NCBI GenBank assembly: GCA_019828565.1
Contig: JAHDYR010000031.1
Span: forward strand, 102,046-166,045
Source of the DNA: Carpediemonas membranifera BICM
Taxonomy: Eukaryota; Protista; Fornicata
Length of the DNA: 64,000 nt
Direction: 5' to 3'
The translations under genes and the position numbers were made by a program. How positions within the stretch are numbered: position 1 is the stretch's first letter; each line of letters opens with the position of its first letter. The notes below the pieces were generated by a model, which ran no database searches, was not told where the DNA came from, and saw nothing but the letters and a program-made list of their open reading frames with translations. Below, one piece after another: positions 38,966-49,847 of this stretch.

Positions 38966-40435
38966 TTGCGCATGATGGTTTCCAAGACTTCTCGGGGTGA
39001 CGACCAGTCGAGCTTGGCGAACCTGGAGAGCCTGTCCGCCTGGACGTTCAGGTGTCCGGCAATATGGAAGCAGTGGACGTCGAGGCGCTTGGTTTCTGCC
39101 GTGTTGTAGATGTCCTGTAGGATCTGGTGTGCGGCTGGGGGAGGTTCGGCGATCCCCGTCTGTTTACCCAGCTGATGGCAGCTGAGTTGTCGGCAAAGAC
39201 TGTGAGAGAGGAGCGTGTCTCCTGCTGGGGCACGAGCTTGATCGCCTGAGCGATCGCGAAGAGCTCCTTGACGCCAATGTGTTCCCCCTTGAGATGAGGG
39301 GGAAGGCACCCTGTGATGCCGCTCCCTTCTCCCCATTGAACAGGCATGCTCCCCAGCCGGACGTTGATGCGTCTGAGGTGACAGAAATCTGGAGCGTATC
39401 GCGTATTTCCCAGTCCGCTCTTGCTTCGGCGAACCTCTTGGGTGGGCGATCGCGGAGGAGGACTTGTCACGCCGCCAGCTGCCTGCGGATTTGGCTGGAG
39501 AGGTGGACGGTCTCCGTTGTAGGGGTGGCCTGCAGTGGTCTGAGTGCGAGGCGGGCGAACTGTGTGGTCCCTGCGAAGAATGACAGACGGCCTAGGAGCT
39601 TCTGCCAGTCTGAAGCTGTGATGGACCCGACCCGGAGGGCCTTGGCGATCTTGGCCGTGTAGGTCTCGGCCTTGTCTTTTGAGATTCTTAGGGACTCGCT
39701 TGCGGTGTCTATGTGGACACCTAGGTAGTCTACCTGCTGGATCGGCGTGAGGACGCACTTGTTGAGGCCCGGTATCGCCCCCAGCGATAGCATGAGGTCG
39801 ATGATCTGCGGGGTGACCGAAGCTAGGTACGATGGGGAGGCATGGGACACTAAGAAATCGTCGAGATAGACCGCGATGGTCACCCCGAACCTGTGTGCGA
39901 TGATCTTTGCAAGCTGAATGGTCGTGCTCTGGAACACGTACGGCGCCGCTGTCCATCCGAAGCCGAGTGTGTTGTACCTGAATGCGCGGCCGTCCGGTAG
40001 GACCACGCCTAGGAGGGGGGAGTCTCGCGAGGCGACGCCAAGTTGGTGGTATCCCGATGCTAGGTCTATCTTGATCATGTAGTCGTTCTTGTGCAGATTG
40101 CGGACCGCCCGTCTGATGCCGAACAGACGAAACACCCTCAGCTCTGCTGTCACGTTGTTCAGGGCTCGGAGGTCGTGCACGGGGCGGACATCGTCTTTGC
40201 CCTTCGACACCGCGAACAGGGGTGCGCTGTGACGCAGTTCGTCTATCGGGCACGGGGAGAGGACGCCCTTGCCTACTAGCTCTTCGATCTTCGGAAGTAG
40301 GCGGGGGTCCACTCGTCTTTGTGGTTCTGGTGGAGGGGGCGCAGAGGTGAGGTGGATAGGGACGCCATCCCGCAGCCAGCTTACTACCTCGGGGGAGGCA
40401 CCGAGTCTTGCCCATACCGGCCACTTTTTGTTCAT
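38419..40435 (-). pseudogene. RT-RNase H-MT (element 4) with a premature TGA at 39467 and frameshifts
   Basis: IDLASGY and YLDD; TGA stands where the others have a conserved Trp; RH and MT pieces lie in alternate frames. Confidence 0.85.
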
Positions 40436-40464
40436 TGACGGGAACTGAACATCTGTGGCAAGGG

Positions 40465-40800
40465 CTACTTCTTGTGCTTCTTGTGAAACCCCCCTTTGTT
40501 CTGGGGCTGGTACTTTCTCTTACCCTTGGCTCTGGCTTTGGCTGCGCAGTAGGAGATGGCACGGGGGGGGTTGGTCTGGGACGTGTTGAACAAGTCGAGA
40601 AACAGTTCGCAGGTTGCGTCCGACCAGTTGTCGTCCTTGAGGTCCAGAAGGGTACAGCGTGCTTGGAGTTCCACCAGGAGTCTTGCTTTGAGCGGCTCGT
40701 CGTCGAGGGCGTTGACGATCACCATCACGCGGCGAAGCCACTTTGCTTCCGCCTTAAGTGGTCTCTTTGTCGGAAGCTCGCCGTATGCATCCATCTCCAT
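40465..40800 (-). pseudogene. gag C-terminal half (element 4)
   Basis: ELPTKRPLKAEAKWL...ARCTLLDLKD is homologous to the other ORF1s. Confidence 0.7.
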
Positions 40801-40949
40801 ACTGTAAGAATGGCTAGAGTCTCCCGGGAGATACCCTGGAGATACTCCAAAAAGTGCAAGAAAAAATGAGATTCACTAGAATCTGTTTCACATTTCACAT
40901 ATTTCACAAGAATATGTGAAATGAGAAGCAAAGCTAGTGAATGTCATTT

Positions 40950-41174
40950 TTACTTGTCCCTCATCGTCTGTATGGCATCTATAAACAAATCGCGTATCTC
41001 TTGCAGCAGAAACTCTGTGTCATTCACCCTTTTGTTGATTTCTTCTTCCTTTCGCAAGCCCTGAGCAGTTTTTCGGATTATTTGGTAAGAATCTTGTACT
41101 TTGGCAACTTCCACGAGCCCTGACGTTACCGTTTCTACCTTTTGGTGGCTAGTTGCTCGAATCATGATCGACAA
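40950..41174 (-). pseudogene. Possible N-terminal remnant of a homologue of the 851-aa transposase-like gene
   Basis: NKRVNDTEFLLQ versus RKRIADTERLLQ; same head-to-head position relative to a PHD gene. Confidence 0.45.
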
Positions 41175-41260
41175 ATGTCGCAGTTTTAGGTATTGTCAAT
41201 GCCAGGAGTTTACGTAAATAGACAAATGTAACAACGTAAACAGCTTGGATAGAAATTCTC

Positions 41261-42483
41261 ATGAATTCAGAAGTGTCTGTACCGGAACCTATTGCTGCTA
41301 CGCCCCCCATCAGACAGTATGGCAACAGTAAGCTCGCAAATCTCCGTCGTTCATTTGTTACAGCCGTTGTTTCTTCAGTATTTGAGGACGACGAGGCAAC
41401 TGACCTCGGCTTGAGTGCACGCGACATCCATAAGGTACTTCTGGAGGTCCAGCGCAGGGTCGCCGCCGAATGCCCTGGGTTCAAGTCAATTGAACTCCGG
41501 GAACAGGTCAGGCGGACGACTGTTGTCGGCGTTACTACGTTTATAACAGCAGTTAGACCCTCTGCGGAGTACAATGGCTCTGTCATGCAGCACATTGCTG
41601 TCCGTAGTCAGCCCTGCCATGCCGAGTTCCGCCAGATGCTCTCAGAAGTTCTCTCAGATGCTGGACTGAACGATGTTTCCGACTCAATCAGCCTTGAGAA
41701 CTTGCCTGTGATCAACCGGGTGAGATATAAGCCTGTCAAGCAAAAGGCAACGGTCAAATCGACCCCGACTACGATGATCAAGGCAGAGATCCCACCGATA
41801 CGGTCGACTACGCAACTGTCTTCACTTGGTGTTGGTGATGAAGCAGACACACCTCAGTCCACGACAGATCGATCGGTGCCGGTTCGGAAGAAGATCGTCT
41901 TTGACGACGAGGAAGCCAAGCGACCCAGGCTTGGTGACGACGATCTGCAGCAGGTGTCTAACAACGTGTCCGATGCTGTTGTTGACCGTATTAAGGTCCT
42001 GATCAACGACGTTGTCTCAGAGACCCGTGTGAGAGACCCGCCTACCGAACCCGAGACATGTAAGACGACTTTCCTTAGCCTTCATCAGCGCAAAATGCTA
42101 TTTGGATGTCTTGTGTGTGGTACCCCCGAGTGGTTCTTCAATCCAGACGGCACTACGTTCAGGAGATGCTGTGCTTGCAAAGGTTTCCTGCACGAGCAAT
42201 GTGTCAGGACGAAGGGCAAGAAGGACTACTGTCCCGCGTGCTATATTACCGGCTCAGCAACAAGTGCCAGGCGTGCAAAAAGGGCCTAAGATCCAAGAAC
42301 ACGAAGAAAGCAGAAGAACAGGCTTCTACTCTTCTTTGCTGCCGAGGCTGTCACTGGTGGTACTGTGAGCATTGCTCTAAGGAAGTGCAGTACACCATTG
42401 ATGGCAAGTTGTACATCGTTCCCCTCTGCAGCAAATGTAAGGTTGTCTATAAGCGAGTAGAGGACATGAGACCGATTGTTTAG
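41261..42483 (+). CDS. PHD/Cys-rich zinc-finger protein (frameshift near 42245)
   Basis: CLVC...CCACKGFLHEQC...CPAC continues as CQAC...CRGCHWWYCEHC...CSKC in ORF 42106-42483; paralogue of 50704-51939. Confidence 0.7.
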
Positions 42484-42520
42484 GTGTGAGATGATCATAA
42501 ATTGTATATATATCTGTTTA

Positions 42521-43597
42521 CTACACGTCTCTCTCAAGCGCACGGGTCATCATGCTTATGTATCGATCATTCATAAGTCTTCTCTGGTCGGTTCTTAACG
42601 GGTCATACTCGTTGACATCAGAAACGATGTCTTGCATTTCAGGAAGAGGAATGGGCCGGGCATAGCTAGTCTCAGACATGATGACCCTGGCCTCGTTGGG
42701 AAATGACAAGGAACCATTGGCTAAAATCCGTCTTCCTGCTGAGCCAGGCGCGAAACGATAGCCAGAGAAGTACTTCGTCAGAAAGAAAAGAGGATTGTCG
42801 AGACATGTCACACGGTAGAGCCAATAGGCGTCCTGGAGAACAAGCTCATGCGCCAGAACCTTCTCAGGAGTGAGGATAATGCATGTGTTCTTGTACTTGG
42901 CTGTCGAAATAGCACTGCACAGCTGAGACTCCTCAGATCTGTCGAGTCCGAAGCAGGTGGCAAAGTAAATCAGACGCACACGCGTCGATCTCACCAAGGA
43001 AGGGCTCTCGAATGACCTGAGGATGAGCTGGACCAGATCATGGTGATACAGAAACTCGTTCGTAGGCGTATCAATGATCATACGCGACGTTTCTGTATCA
43101 GAATGACCCGATATCACCCAGTAAGTGTCGAAGTTAGAGTACTGCGACGCCAACTCCTCAAGTACCTCGGCCAGATGGGACGTAGACTTAAAGGTGCGGG
43201 CAACGGCAGTCAGCCACTCATCATCAACGAGCTCTAGAGCCGTCTTGAGCTTGAAGTGATAGCCAGATGAGTTGGCAAGACTTTCCACGCGGAAGACGGG
43301 GTAGGGCTGAGTCGGGGTCTCGAAACCATGCAGCGGCTCGATGGTGATTAGCACCCGTCGGTTAATCAACTTCTCTGTTGTAAAAGGACACTCGTGAGAG
43401 GAAGAAGACTTGAAACCGATCCCGCGATGTCCACGCCTGAGCTGAACCTTACCACAGACACATTCAAAGACTTCTTGGTCCTTACTGATGCGTCGCGTGC
43501 CGAATTCTCCGTATTTCTCGTCCATTTGCAATGTGCCAATTTTTTTTTCATGAATGGCACATTTTGATTTGAAGCAAAGGACAAGCTTTTGATCCAA
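42521..43597 (-). CDS. Caspase/CHAT-fold cysteine protease candidate
   Basis: WVISGHS...RLIYFATC His-Cys dyad, each after a beta strand. Confidence 0.55.
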   Translation of the reverse strand: MDQKLVLCFKSKCAIHEKKIGTLQMDEKYGEFGTRRISKDQEVFECVCGKVQLRRGHRGIGFKSSSSHECPFTTEKLINRRVLITIEPLHGFETPTQPYPVFRVESLANSSGYHFKLKTALELVDDEWLTAVARTFKSTSHLAEVLEELASQYSNFDTYWVISGHSDTETSRMIIDTPTNEFLYHHDLVQLILRSFESPSLVRSTRVRLIYFATCFGLDRSEESQLCSAISTAKYKNTCIILTPEKVLAHELVLQDAYWLYRVTCLDNPLFFLTKYFSGYRFAPGSAGRRILANGSLSFPNEARVIMSETSYARPIPLPEMQDIVSDVNEYDPLRTDQRRLMNDRYISMMTRALERDV

Positions 43598-43720
43598 GTA
43601 AAGAGGTATACCTTCATTGCTACACTATTTATGCATGCTACTGCAGTATTGTTCGGATCTGATCAGCGATGCGCCTGTTCTTCGGATCGGGAGTTGCGAG
43701 AAAAAAAAGAGAACGAAGAT

Positions 43721-44673
43721 ATGGCGAGAAGAAAGATGCCCGCAAGGAAGCAGCAACCGGTAGGTAAGAGAAGGACTCAAAATCCACCCAACAAGACTTT
43801 TGAGTCATCTGCTTCTCCGCAGGATCAACGTCCTGCGGAAACTACTGTAACGGCAGCATCACCTCCTCCTCCGCCTCCCGAGTCGCCTTCCCATTCATCC
43901 AGCTCGTCTGAAGCCGAGGAGGACTCCGTCGAGGGGTCCGTCATGCACGTCCACCCTAGGTGGACGCATGTTTACCCGGGTTCAGACCTGCAGGACGTCA
44001 AGCAGCTGATTTCGGATGAGATAAGCCTTCAGGCCATTCCTGCTCCGGCCTGGATCTCATCCGAGACCCGTTGCGACCCCCGTTTGACCCAGGAGCCAGA
44101 CCATCCGGCCCTCAACCGGACGCAGAGCGTCGGCCGAGGCATGATTGCCACTGAGGATATCTCAGCTGGCACATGTCTCGGAATATACTTCGGCAAGCTG
44201 ATTCCCGATGCCGAGACGGCCAGCAACAACGGCCAGATGGTGTTTGTTTCGCTTTTATTCCATTACCATTACACAGCATGTCATTCGCTGACAGTCAGGT
44301 CGCCGTCGATGCCATGTCGGCCACAGCGGGTGTCCACCTGATTAACCACAGCCCTGACGATGTCAACTGTGAGTTCGTGGACGTCTTGGTGGATGGCCTG
44401 CCAGTTATATCGGTCAGAGCCACTGCCAACATCGTTCGCGGCGAGTTCTTGCGCATCGATTATGGCGAGACCTACTTTGAGGCCGATGAAGAGGAGCACC
44501 CGGTTGCTCGCTTCAAGAGTCTCGCCATAGATGACCCTCACTACCTCGCTCGAAAGGTGGAGCAGTTCAAAATACTGCAGGTCAAGCCGCAGCCCCGCAA
44601 GCGGAAGACCAAGTCCAACCCCGCCCGTAAGCGCTTCCACACTGCGCGCATGACTCAAGGCAAGAGTGAATAA
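43721..44673 (+). CDS. SET-domain methyltransferase with one intron (about 44242-44294)
   Basis: GRGMIATEDI...YFGKL, LINHS, EFLRIDYG; a 53-nt GT...AG intron restores the frame. Confidence 0.85.
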
Positions 44674-46023
44674 ACTTGAAGAGATATCAATTCAATCAAT
44701 CATTTATGAGCGGGTGACATCCTCCGGACGAGTAGCACACTTCTCGGGCTCTGCGGCAGCTGCCTTGCGCTTGCGGTCCGGAAGACTGTAGACACAGGCA
44801 TGACGATTCTCGATGACGATGAACTGAGTGAGCTTCATGCTCTCACAAAGACCTAAGATCTTGTCCAGCGTCGCATCCTGGATGGGCAAGAACTCTGAAT
44901 CTTCCCAACCTTTGTGGACCCAGAGGCAGGTAAGGTCCTCGTCGATCTGGGTGATGATTACCGGAGTGTGACTCAGCTCTACACTGGCCTGGATGGCCTC
45001 ATGGTCTGCCCAGGGGAAAGGGGAGCCAGGCATCTCAGAGAACGGGTCGCCCTCGAACCCCCTTGCCCTCACAGAAGGATCGGATGTCCGCGTACAGCTG
45101 AAGCTTCTCACCAACAGTAGGCTGGGACCCAGTCCTGATGAGATGCATGGCGCTGAGAATGCATGAGCCATCCCCAGGCACCTCAGACCGCTTCAGAGAG
45201 CTTGTATCGTTCTTAAACTTCTTAGCGGTCTTCTCCATGATGGTCTGGACGTCATCTTTGGGGTCTGCGGCCACCAAAGCCTCCCCGATCCAGGTCTATG
45301 ACCTCAGCCTCCTTCTTCAAGGGCACAAGCTTCTCCGTCTCGAGCTTTTCAATCTTGGCCCGGGCTCGCCAAAGCTCCCTCTTCAAATCACGGATCGCAC
45401 CGTTGTGTTCCACGGCAAGATGGCGGCGCAGGAGGCGCGATGTGCCACTCAGGGTACTTCTGTGGACGGGAGAGTCCATCAGAAGCGCGTCCAGGTGCCT
45501 TATCCGGTCGAACTGCACGTCGACCGGGTCCGACAGCTCAGGCTCGGCGTTGCTCTTGAACGAACGGACGACCCCCGACCTTCCTGGCTTCACCTTGCGC
45601 ATTATGCGCTCACGGAGCAGCGAAAGGACTGAATAAGCAGGAGTTATTTGGAGTACTTACCTCCAACGTCGTGCTCGTGATCCGAAGACACTTCTCGGCG
45701 GACCTTCTGGACAAGGCTGTCGTAGGCATGATCTCCCATGACCTTCTTCAGCTCAGCCGATGTCGTGATCAGCTCAAGCTGAGCCTCGGCAGTTTCTCTT
45801 AGGTGCAGGATAAGGTGAGGCGACCTGAAGAGCTTGCGAAGCGTTTTCCAGCCAATATCTGTTGAGGATCGATACTCTTCTCCTTTCTTCGTTTGGTTTT
45901 CTAATTTCGTTGCGAGCATAAAGTGCACCTTGAAGAAACGTTATGCCTCCGAAACGGAGTAATACTGCTAAGAGTAAGGGCAGAAAGCGTCTAAACGCTG
46001 TGGAAATGATTTCTACTTACTTA
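44348..46023 (+). repeat. Near-identical direct repeat, copy 1 (of 46955-49486), lacking about 795 bp internally
   Basis: 44348-45862 corresponds to 46955-48529 and 45862-46023 to 49325-49486. Confidence 0.92.
44704..45277 (-). pseudogene. OTU-like protease, copy 1 (one extra base in a homopolymer near 45060)
   Basis: Split ORFs 45035-45277 and 44704-45171; otherwise matches 47372-47944. Confidence 0.75.
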
Positions 46024-46479
46024 GAGAAGGAGCACGCTGCTGGAAGCATCTCCGCTGCCGATGTCGCCACCGGAAACCGCATTTGCAATGAGGTGGTTGA
46101 CAGACGCCCCAATGACCTCCCCACATTCGTTCCGGAGGATCTTAGGGATGAAGCGGAGTTCCGTTCTCTCGATAGCATTGAGCAGATCATGGCGCAGTAC
46201 AAGGGCGAGTCTTCTGAGGCCAAGGAGAAGCGCTTCAGGGCCCTCATCAGCCTGGACGCCGAAGGAGATGAGGTCGACCATGGCAGCCCTCTCTTGGCAA
46301 CTGTCCGTGAGTACCGCGAGCTGTTCCACGGCATCCCTCAGTCGGTCCGCCCCCGCGCGTACGCCTTCGTCGCCCAGAGGCTTGGGATCTCTGTCGACAA
46401 GGTCAGAGAGGTCCTTCTAGAGAGTGTGTGCCGCAAGGACTCTAAGCTCATCTTCGAGCGTCCGCAGCTTGTCCTCTAG
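45943..46479 (+). CDS. Hypothetical protein
   Basis: 178-aa ATG ORF; its 5' end is repeated, truncated, at 49406-49486. Confidence 0.45.
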   Translation: MPPKRSNTAKSKGRKRLNAVEMISTYLEKEHAAGSISAADVATGNRICNEVVDRRPNDLPTFVPEDLRDEAEFRSLDSIEQIMAQYKGESSEAKEKRFRALISLDAEGDEVDHGSPLLATVREYRELFHGIPQSVRPRAYAFVAQRLGISVDKVREVLLESVCRKDSKLIFERPQLVL

Positions 46480-47371
46480 AAGCACTCGAAGACCTTCAAG
46501 GACCTCGCCGCTGTGATTGAGAAGAGGAACGCTGCCCGTGCCGCTGCAGAGGCTCGTGATGTTCTGCGTATACCCGTTTACGCGAGCCTCCTGCTCTTCC
46601 ACGCAGCTAACGTCAACTCAAATGAGTAATAAATCGACTGCTTCTTCATTTAATCTTCATTCTCTTCCTCATCTTCCTTCTCAGACAGCAGATGGTACCA
46701 CTCTTCCTCGAAATAGTTCTCTTTCTGGTAATCCTTACGCATCTTTGATCTCTTATCCACGATCTTTTGGACCAAATCCCTTCGGTTGCTGTCGTAAAGG
46801 GCGATGATTATCTCACGTTGCTTCTTGCGCGTCGGGTGCGGGGTAACACTCTTCCTCAGACGCTTAATGTAGCGGTTGAGCTTGTCCGAGGGCTTGGTGG
46901 GCAGGGTGGGTTGGGTGGCTTGGGTTCTCTTTGGGGGAGGCTGGACCTGGTCCTACAGCCCTGACGATGTCAACTGTGAGTTCGTGGACGTCTTGGTGGA
47001 TGGCCTGCCAGTTATATCGGTCAGAGCCACTGCCAACATCGTTCGCGGCGAGTTCTTGCGCATCGATTATGGCGAGACCTACTTTGAGGCCGATGAGAGC
47101 CAGTGCAGTTTATGTAAACAGATCTACCTGCGCAAGCCAACAATGGCACACCGATGAAGAGGAGCACCCGGTTGCTCGCTTCAAGAGTCTCGCCATAGAT
47201 GACCCTCACTACCTCGCTCGAAAGGTGGAGCAGTTCAAAACACTGCAGGTCAAGCCGCAGCCCCGCAAGCGGAAGACCAAGTCCAACCCCGCCCGTAAGC
47301 GCTTCCACACTGCGCGCATGACTCAAGGCAAGAGTGAATAAACTTGAAGAGATATCAATTCAATCAATCAT

Positions 47372-47944
47372 TTATGAGCGGGTGACATCCTCCGGACGAG
47401 TAGCACGCTTCTCGGGCTCTGCGGCAGCTGCCTTGCGCTTGCGGTCCGGAAGACTGTAGACACAGGCATGACGATTCTCGATGACGATGAACTGAGTGAG
47501 CTTCATGCTCTCACAAAGACCTAAGATCTTGTCCAGCGTCGCATCCTGGATGGGCAAGAACTCTGAATCTTCCCAACCTTTGTGGACCCAGAGGCAGGTA
47601 AGGTCCTCGTCGATCTGGGTGATGATTACCGGAGTGTGACTCAGCTCTACACTGGCCTGGATGGCCTCATGATCTGCCCAGGGGAAAGGGGAGCCAGGCA
47701 TCTCAGAGAACGGGTCGCCCTCGAACCCCTTGCCCTCACAGAAGGATCGGATGTCCGCGTACAGCTGAAGCTTCTCACCAACAGTAGGCTGGGACCCAGT
47801 CCTGATGAGATGCATGGCGCTGAGAATGCATGAGCCATCCCCAGGCACCTCAGACCGCTTCAGAGAGCTTGTATCGTTCTTAAACTTCTTAGCGGTCTTC
47901 TCCATGATGGTCTGGACGTCATCTTTGGGGTCTGCGGCCACCAA
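47372..47944 (-). CDS. OTU-family cysteine protease (deubiquitinase-like)
   Basis: EVPGDGSCILSA, WADHE, ENRHA. Confidence 0.75.
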   Translation of the reverse strand: MVAADPKDDVQTIMEKTAKKFKNDTSSLKRSEVPGDGSCILSAMHLIRTGSQPTVGEKLQLYADIRSFCEGKGFEGDPFSEMPGSPFPWADHEAIQASVELSHTPVIITQIDEDLTCLWVHKGWEDSEFLPIQDATLDKILGLCESMKLTQFIVIENRHACVYSLPDRKRKAAAAEPEKRATRPEDVTRS

Positions 47945-48746
47945 AGCCTCCCCGATCCAGGTCTATGACCTCAGCCTCCTTCTTCAAGGGCACAAGCTTC
48001 TCCGTCTCGAGCTTTTCAATCTTGGCCCGGGCTCGCCAAAGCTCCCTCTTCAAATCACGGATCGCACCGTTGTGTTCCACGGCAAGATGGCGGCGCAGGA
48101 GGCGCGATGTGCCACTCAGGGTACTTCTGTGGACGGGAGAGTCCATCAGAAGCGCGTCCAGGTGCCTTATCCGGTCGAACTGCACGTCGACCGGGTCCGA
48201 CAGCTCAGGCTCGGCGTTGTTCTTGAACGAACGGACGACCCCCGACCTTCCTGGCTTCACCTTGCGCATTATGCGCTCACGGAGCAGCGAAAGGACTGAA
48301 TAAGCAGGAGTTATTTGGAGTACTTACCTCCAACGTCGTGCTCGTGATCCGAAGACACTTCTCGGCGGACCTTCTGGACAAGGCTGTCGTAGGCATGATC
48401 TCCCATGACCTTCTTCAGCTCAGCCGATGTCGTGATCAGCTCAAGCTGAGCCTCGGCAGTTTCTCTTAGGTGCAGGATAAGGTGAGGCGACCTGAAGAGC
48501 TTGCGAAGCGTTTTCCAGCCAATATCTGTGTAAAAAGGTATGGGGAAAGTACTTACGATCACGAAGAAGGGCGGTGAGGATCTTGTCATCGGGCAGAAGG
48601 AACTTGCGAAGAAGTGAGCACTTGATCATCTCCTGCGCGTTTGATGAGGCCTGACTGATCTCAGCGCTGTCATAGAAGATAAAGAACTGCTTACCAAACG
48701 TTTTCGAACGCTTCAAGAGCATGTAGAAGTCGAAAACCGATTGCAT
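47919..48746 (-). CDS. Element-encoded protein with two short introns (48526-48556, 48296-48327)
   Basis: GTAAGTACT...CAG introns of 31 and 32 nt join three ORFs in frame; homologous to the gene starting at 58919. Confidence 0.7.
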
Positions 48747-48750
48747 GATT

Positions 48751-48879
48751 ATAAGGCTCTCAGGACCTAATGAAAAAATTCATAAGGCTCTGAGAGCCTA
48801 ATAAACCATGCGGAAAAATGACCAGTATCGGTAGGCAACGGCGCGCGGGAGATTCATTAGGCTCTGAGAGCCTTATGAA
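48751..48879. repeat. Three copies of a 27-bp quasi-palindrome TTCATWAGGCTCT-N-AGAGCCTWATGAA
   Basis: Copies at 48751-48774 (partial), 48779-48805 and 48853-48879. Confidence 0.8.
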
Positions 48880-48959
48880 CTCAGAGGAGGTCCTCGGGGC
48901 ACTTCGGTGCAGAATTTTGATTGGGCATCTGATTGGACCATGGGGCGGATGCTCAGAGG

Positions 48960-49391
48960 GATGAATGCGAGCTCAATGGAGACCATTGGACATGTCAGAG
49001 ATGGCATGTCCAGGTGAAGGTCCATCATGGAAGGAGCCATTCACGATAAGTCTTCTAAATGTTGTGTTGCGAGCGTCTGAAGGGCTTTCTCTGGATACCG
49101 ACCAAGATGGAGGTCACGTGGATCAACGGACGATAATTGCGGTATTCTGGCCTTGTATGCCACTCTTAAATCCATTGTTTGATCCATTCCCGCGTTTATA
49201 GTTCATCTCAACGCTTCCTCGACGAGTTACAATTGTTGATGTTGTTTAGGTTCTATTACAGGCCATTCGAGGCCACAGAGCTCTCATGATGTTGTTTTAG
49301 TGATATACACATGCTTGCCAGCGTTTGAGGATCGATACTCTTCTCCTTTCTTCGTTTGGTTTTCTCATTTCGTTGCGAGCATAAAGTGCAC
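48960..49391 (-). repeat. Non-coding block Y; inverted diverged homologue at 58142-58570
   Basis: Shared tctctggataccgaccaagatggaggtcac, cctaaacaacatcaac and gtgcactttatgctcgcaacg. Confidence 0.8.
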
Positions 49392-49743
49392 CTTGAAGAA
49401 ACGTTATGCCTCCGAAACGGAGTAATACTGCTAAGAGCAAGGGCAGAAAGCGTCTAAACGCTGTGGAAATGATTTCTACTTACTTACATACTGTCAACAT
49501 CCCTAGATTATCTTTGCTAAACCCTAGATTATCTTCGACCTCAAAACGCTAGATAATCTACAATTTCTTGCTCAGAAATGAAATATTCATTAAATTTAAG
49601 CTATTTAGAGATAAACGAAGGTCTTCTTTAGAGTCCATATGATGTACGTAGAGCATGGAAAGAAGCTCTGGCTCTGACTCCTTGCCTGGTTTGAGCATTT
49701 CGCCGTGCAGGTTAAGACGAAACGATAAAATGGACAATAACAG

Positions 49744-49847
49744 AAAATCTAACAGGTAGATTCACTACGATAGTGATTATGTGAGTAGTTGAAAGGAGGT
49801 ACATATGCGCATAATCACTTTCAGAGTGAATCTACCTGTTAGATTTT
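49744..49847. repeat. 104-bp hairpin with perfect 23-bp outer arms
   Basis: aaaatctaacaggtagattcact / agtgaatctacctgttagatttt plus an inner 12-bp stem. Confidence 0.85.

Larger units (their letters stand above)
36895..40805 (-). mobile_element. YR retrotransposon 4, 5'-truncated and disrupted, with a diverged 3' A2/B2 module
   Basis: gag C-half 40465-40800, RT-RH-MT 38419-40435, YR 37662-38965. B-like segments at about 36895-36950 and 37432-37483 are similar but not identical. Confidence 0.85.
46955..49486 (+). repeat. Direct repeat, copy 2
   Basis: See copy 1; carries an extra 61 bp at 47097-47157. Confidence 0.92.

Noticed and set aside
39467-39469. TGA at a conserved Trp suggesting an alternative genetic code
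   Set aside because: Single case in an already disrupted copy; TGA ends normal genes in this window.
40802-40953. Possible GT-AG intron fusing ORF 40950-41174 to the truncated gag
   Set aside because: An in-frame join has about a 1 in 3 chance; more simply a rearrangement junction.
46650-46954. ATG-less minus-strand frame weakly similar to the tail of ORF 56493-57725 (FEEEWYH versus YQAEWMH)
   Set aside because: Similarity too short and compositionally biased.
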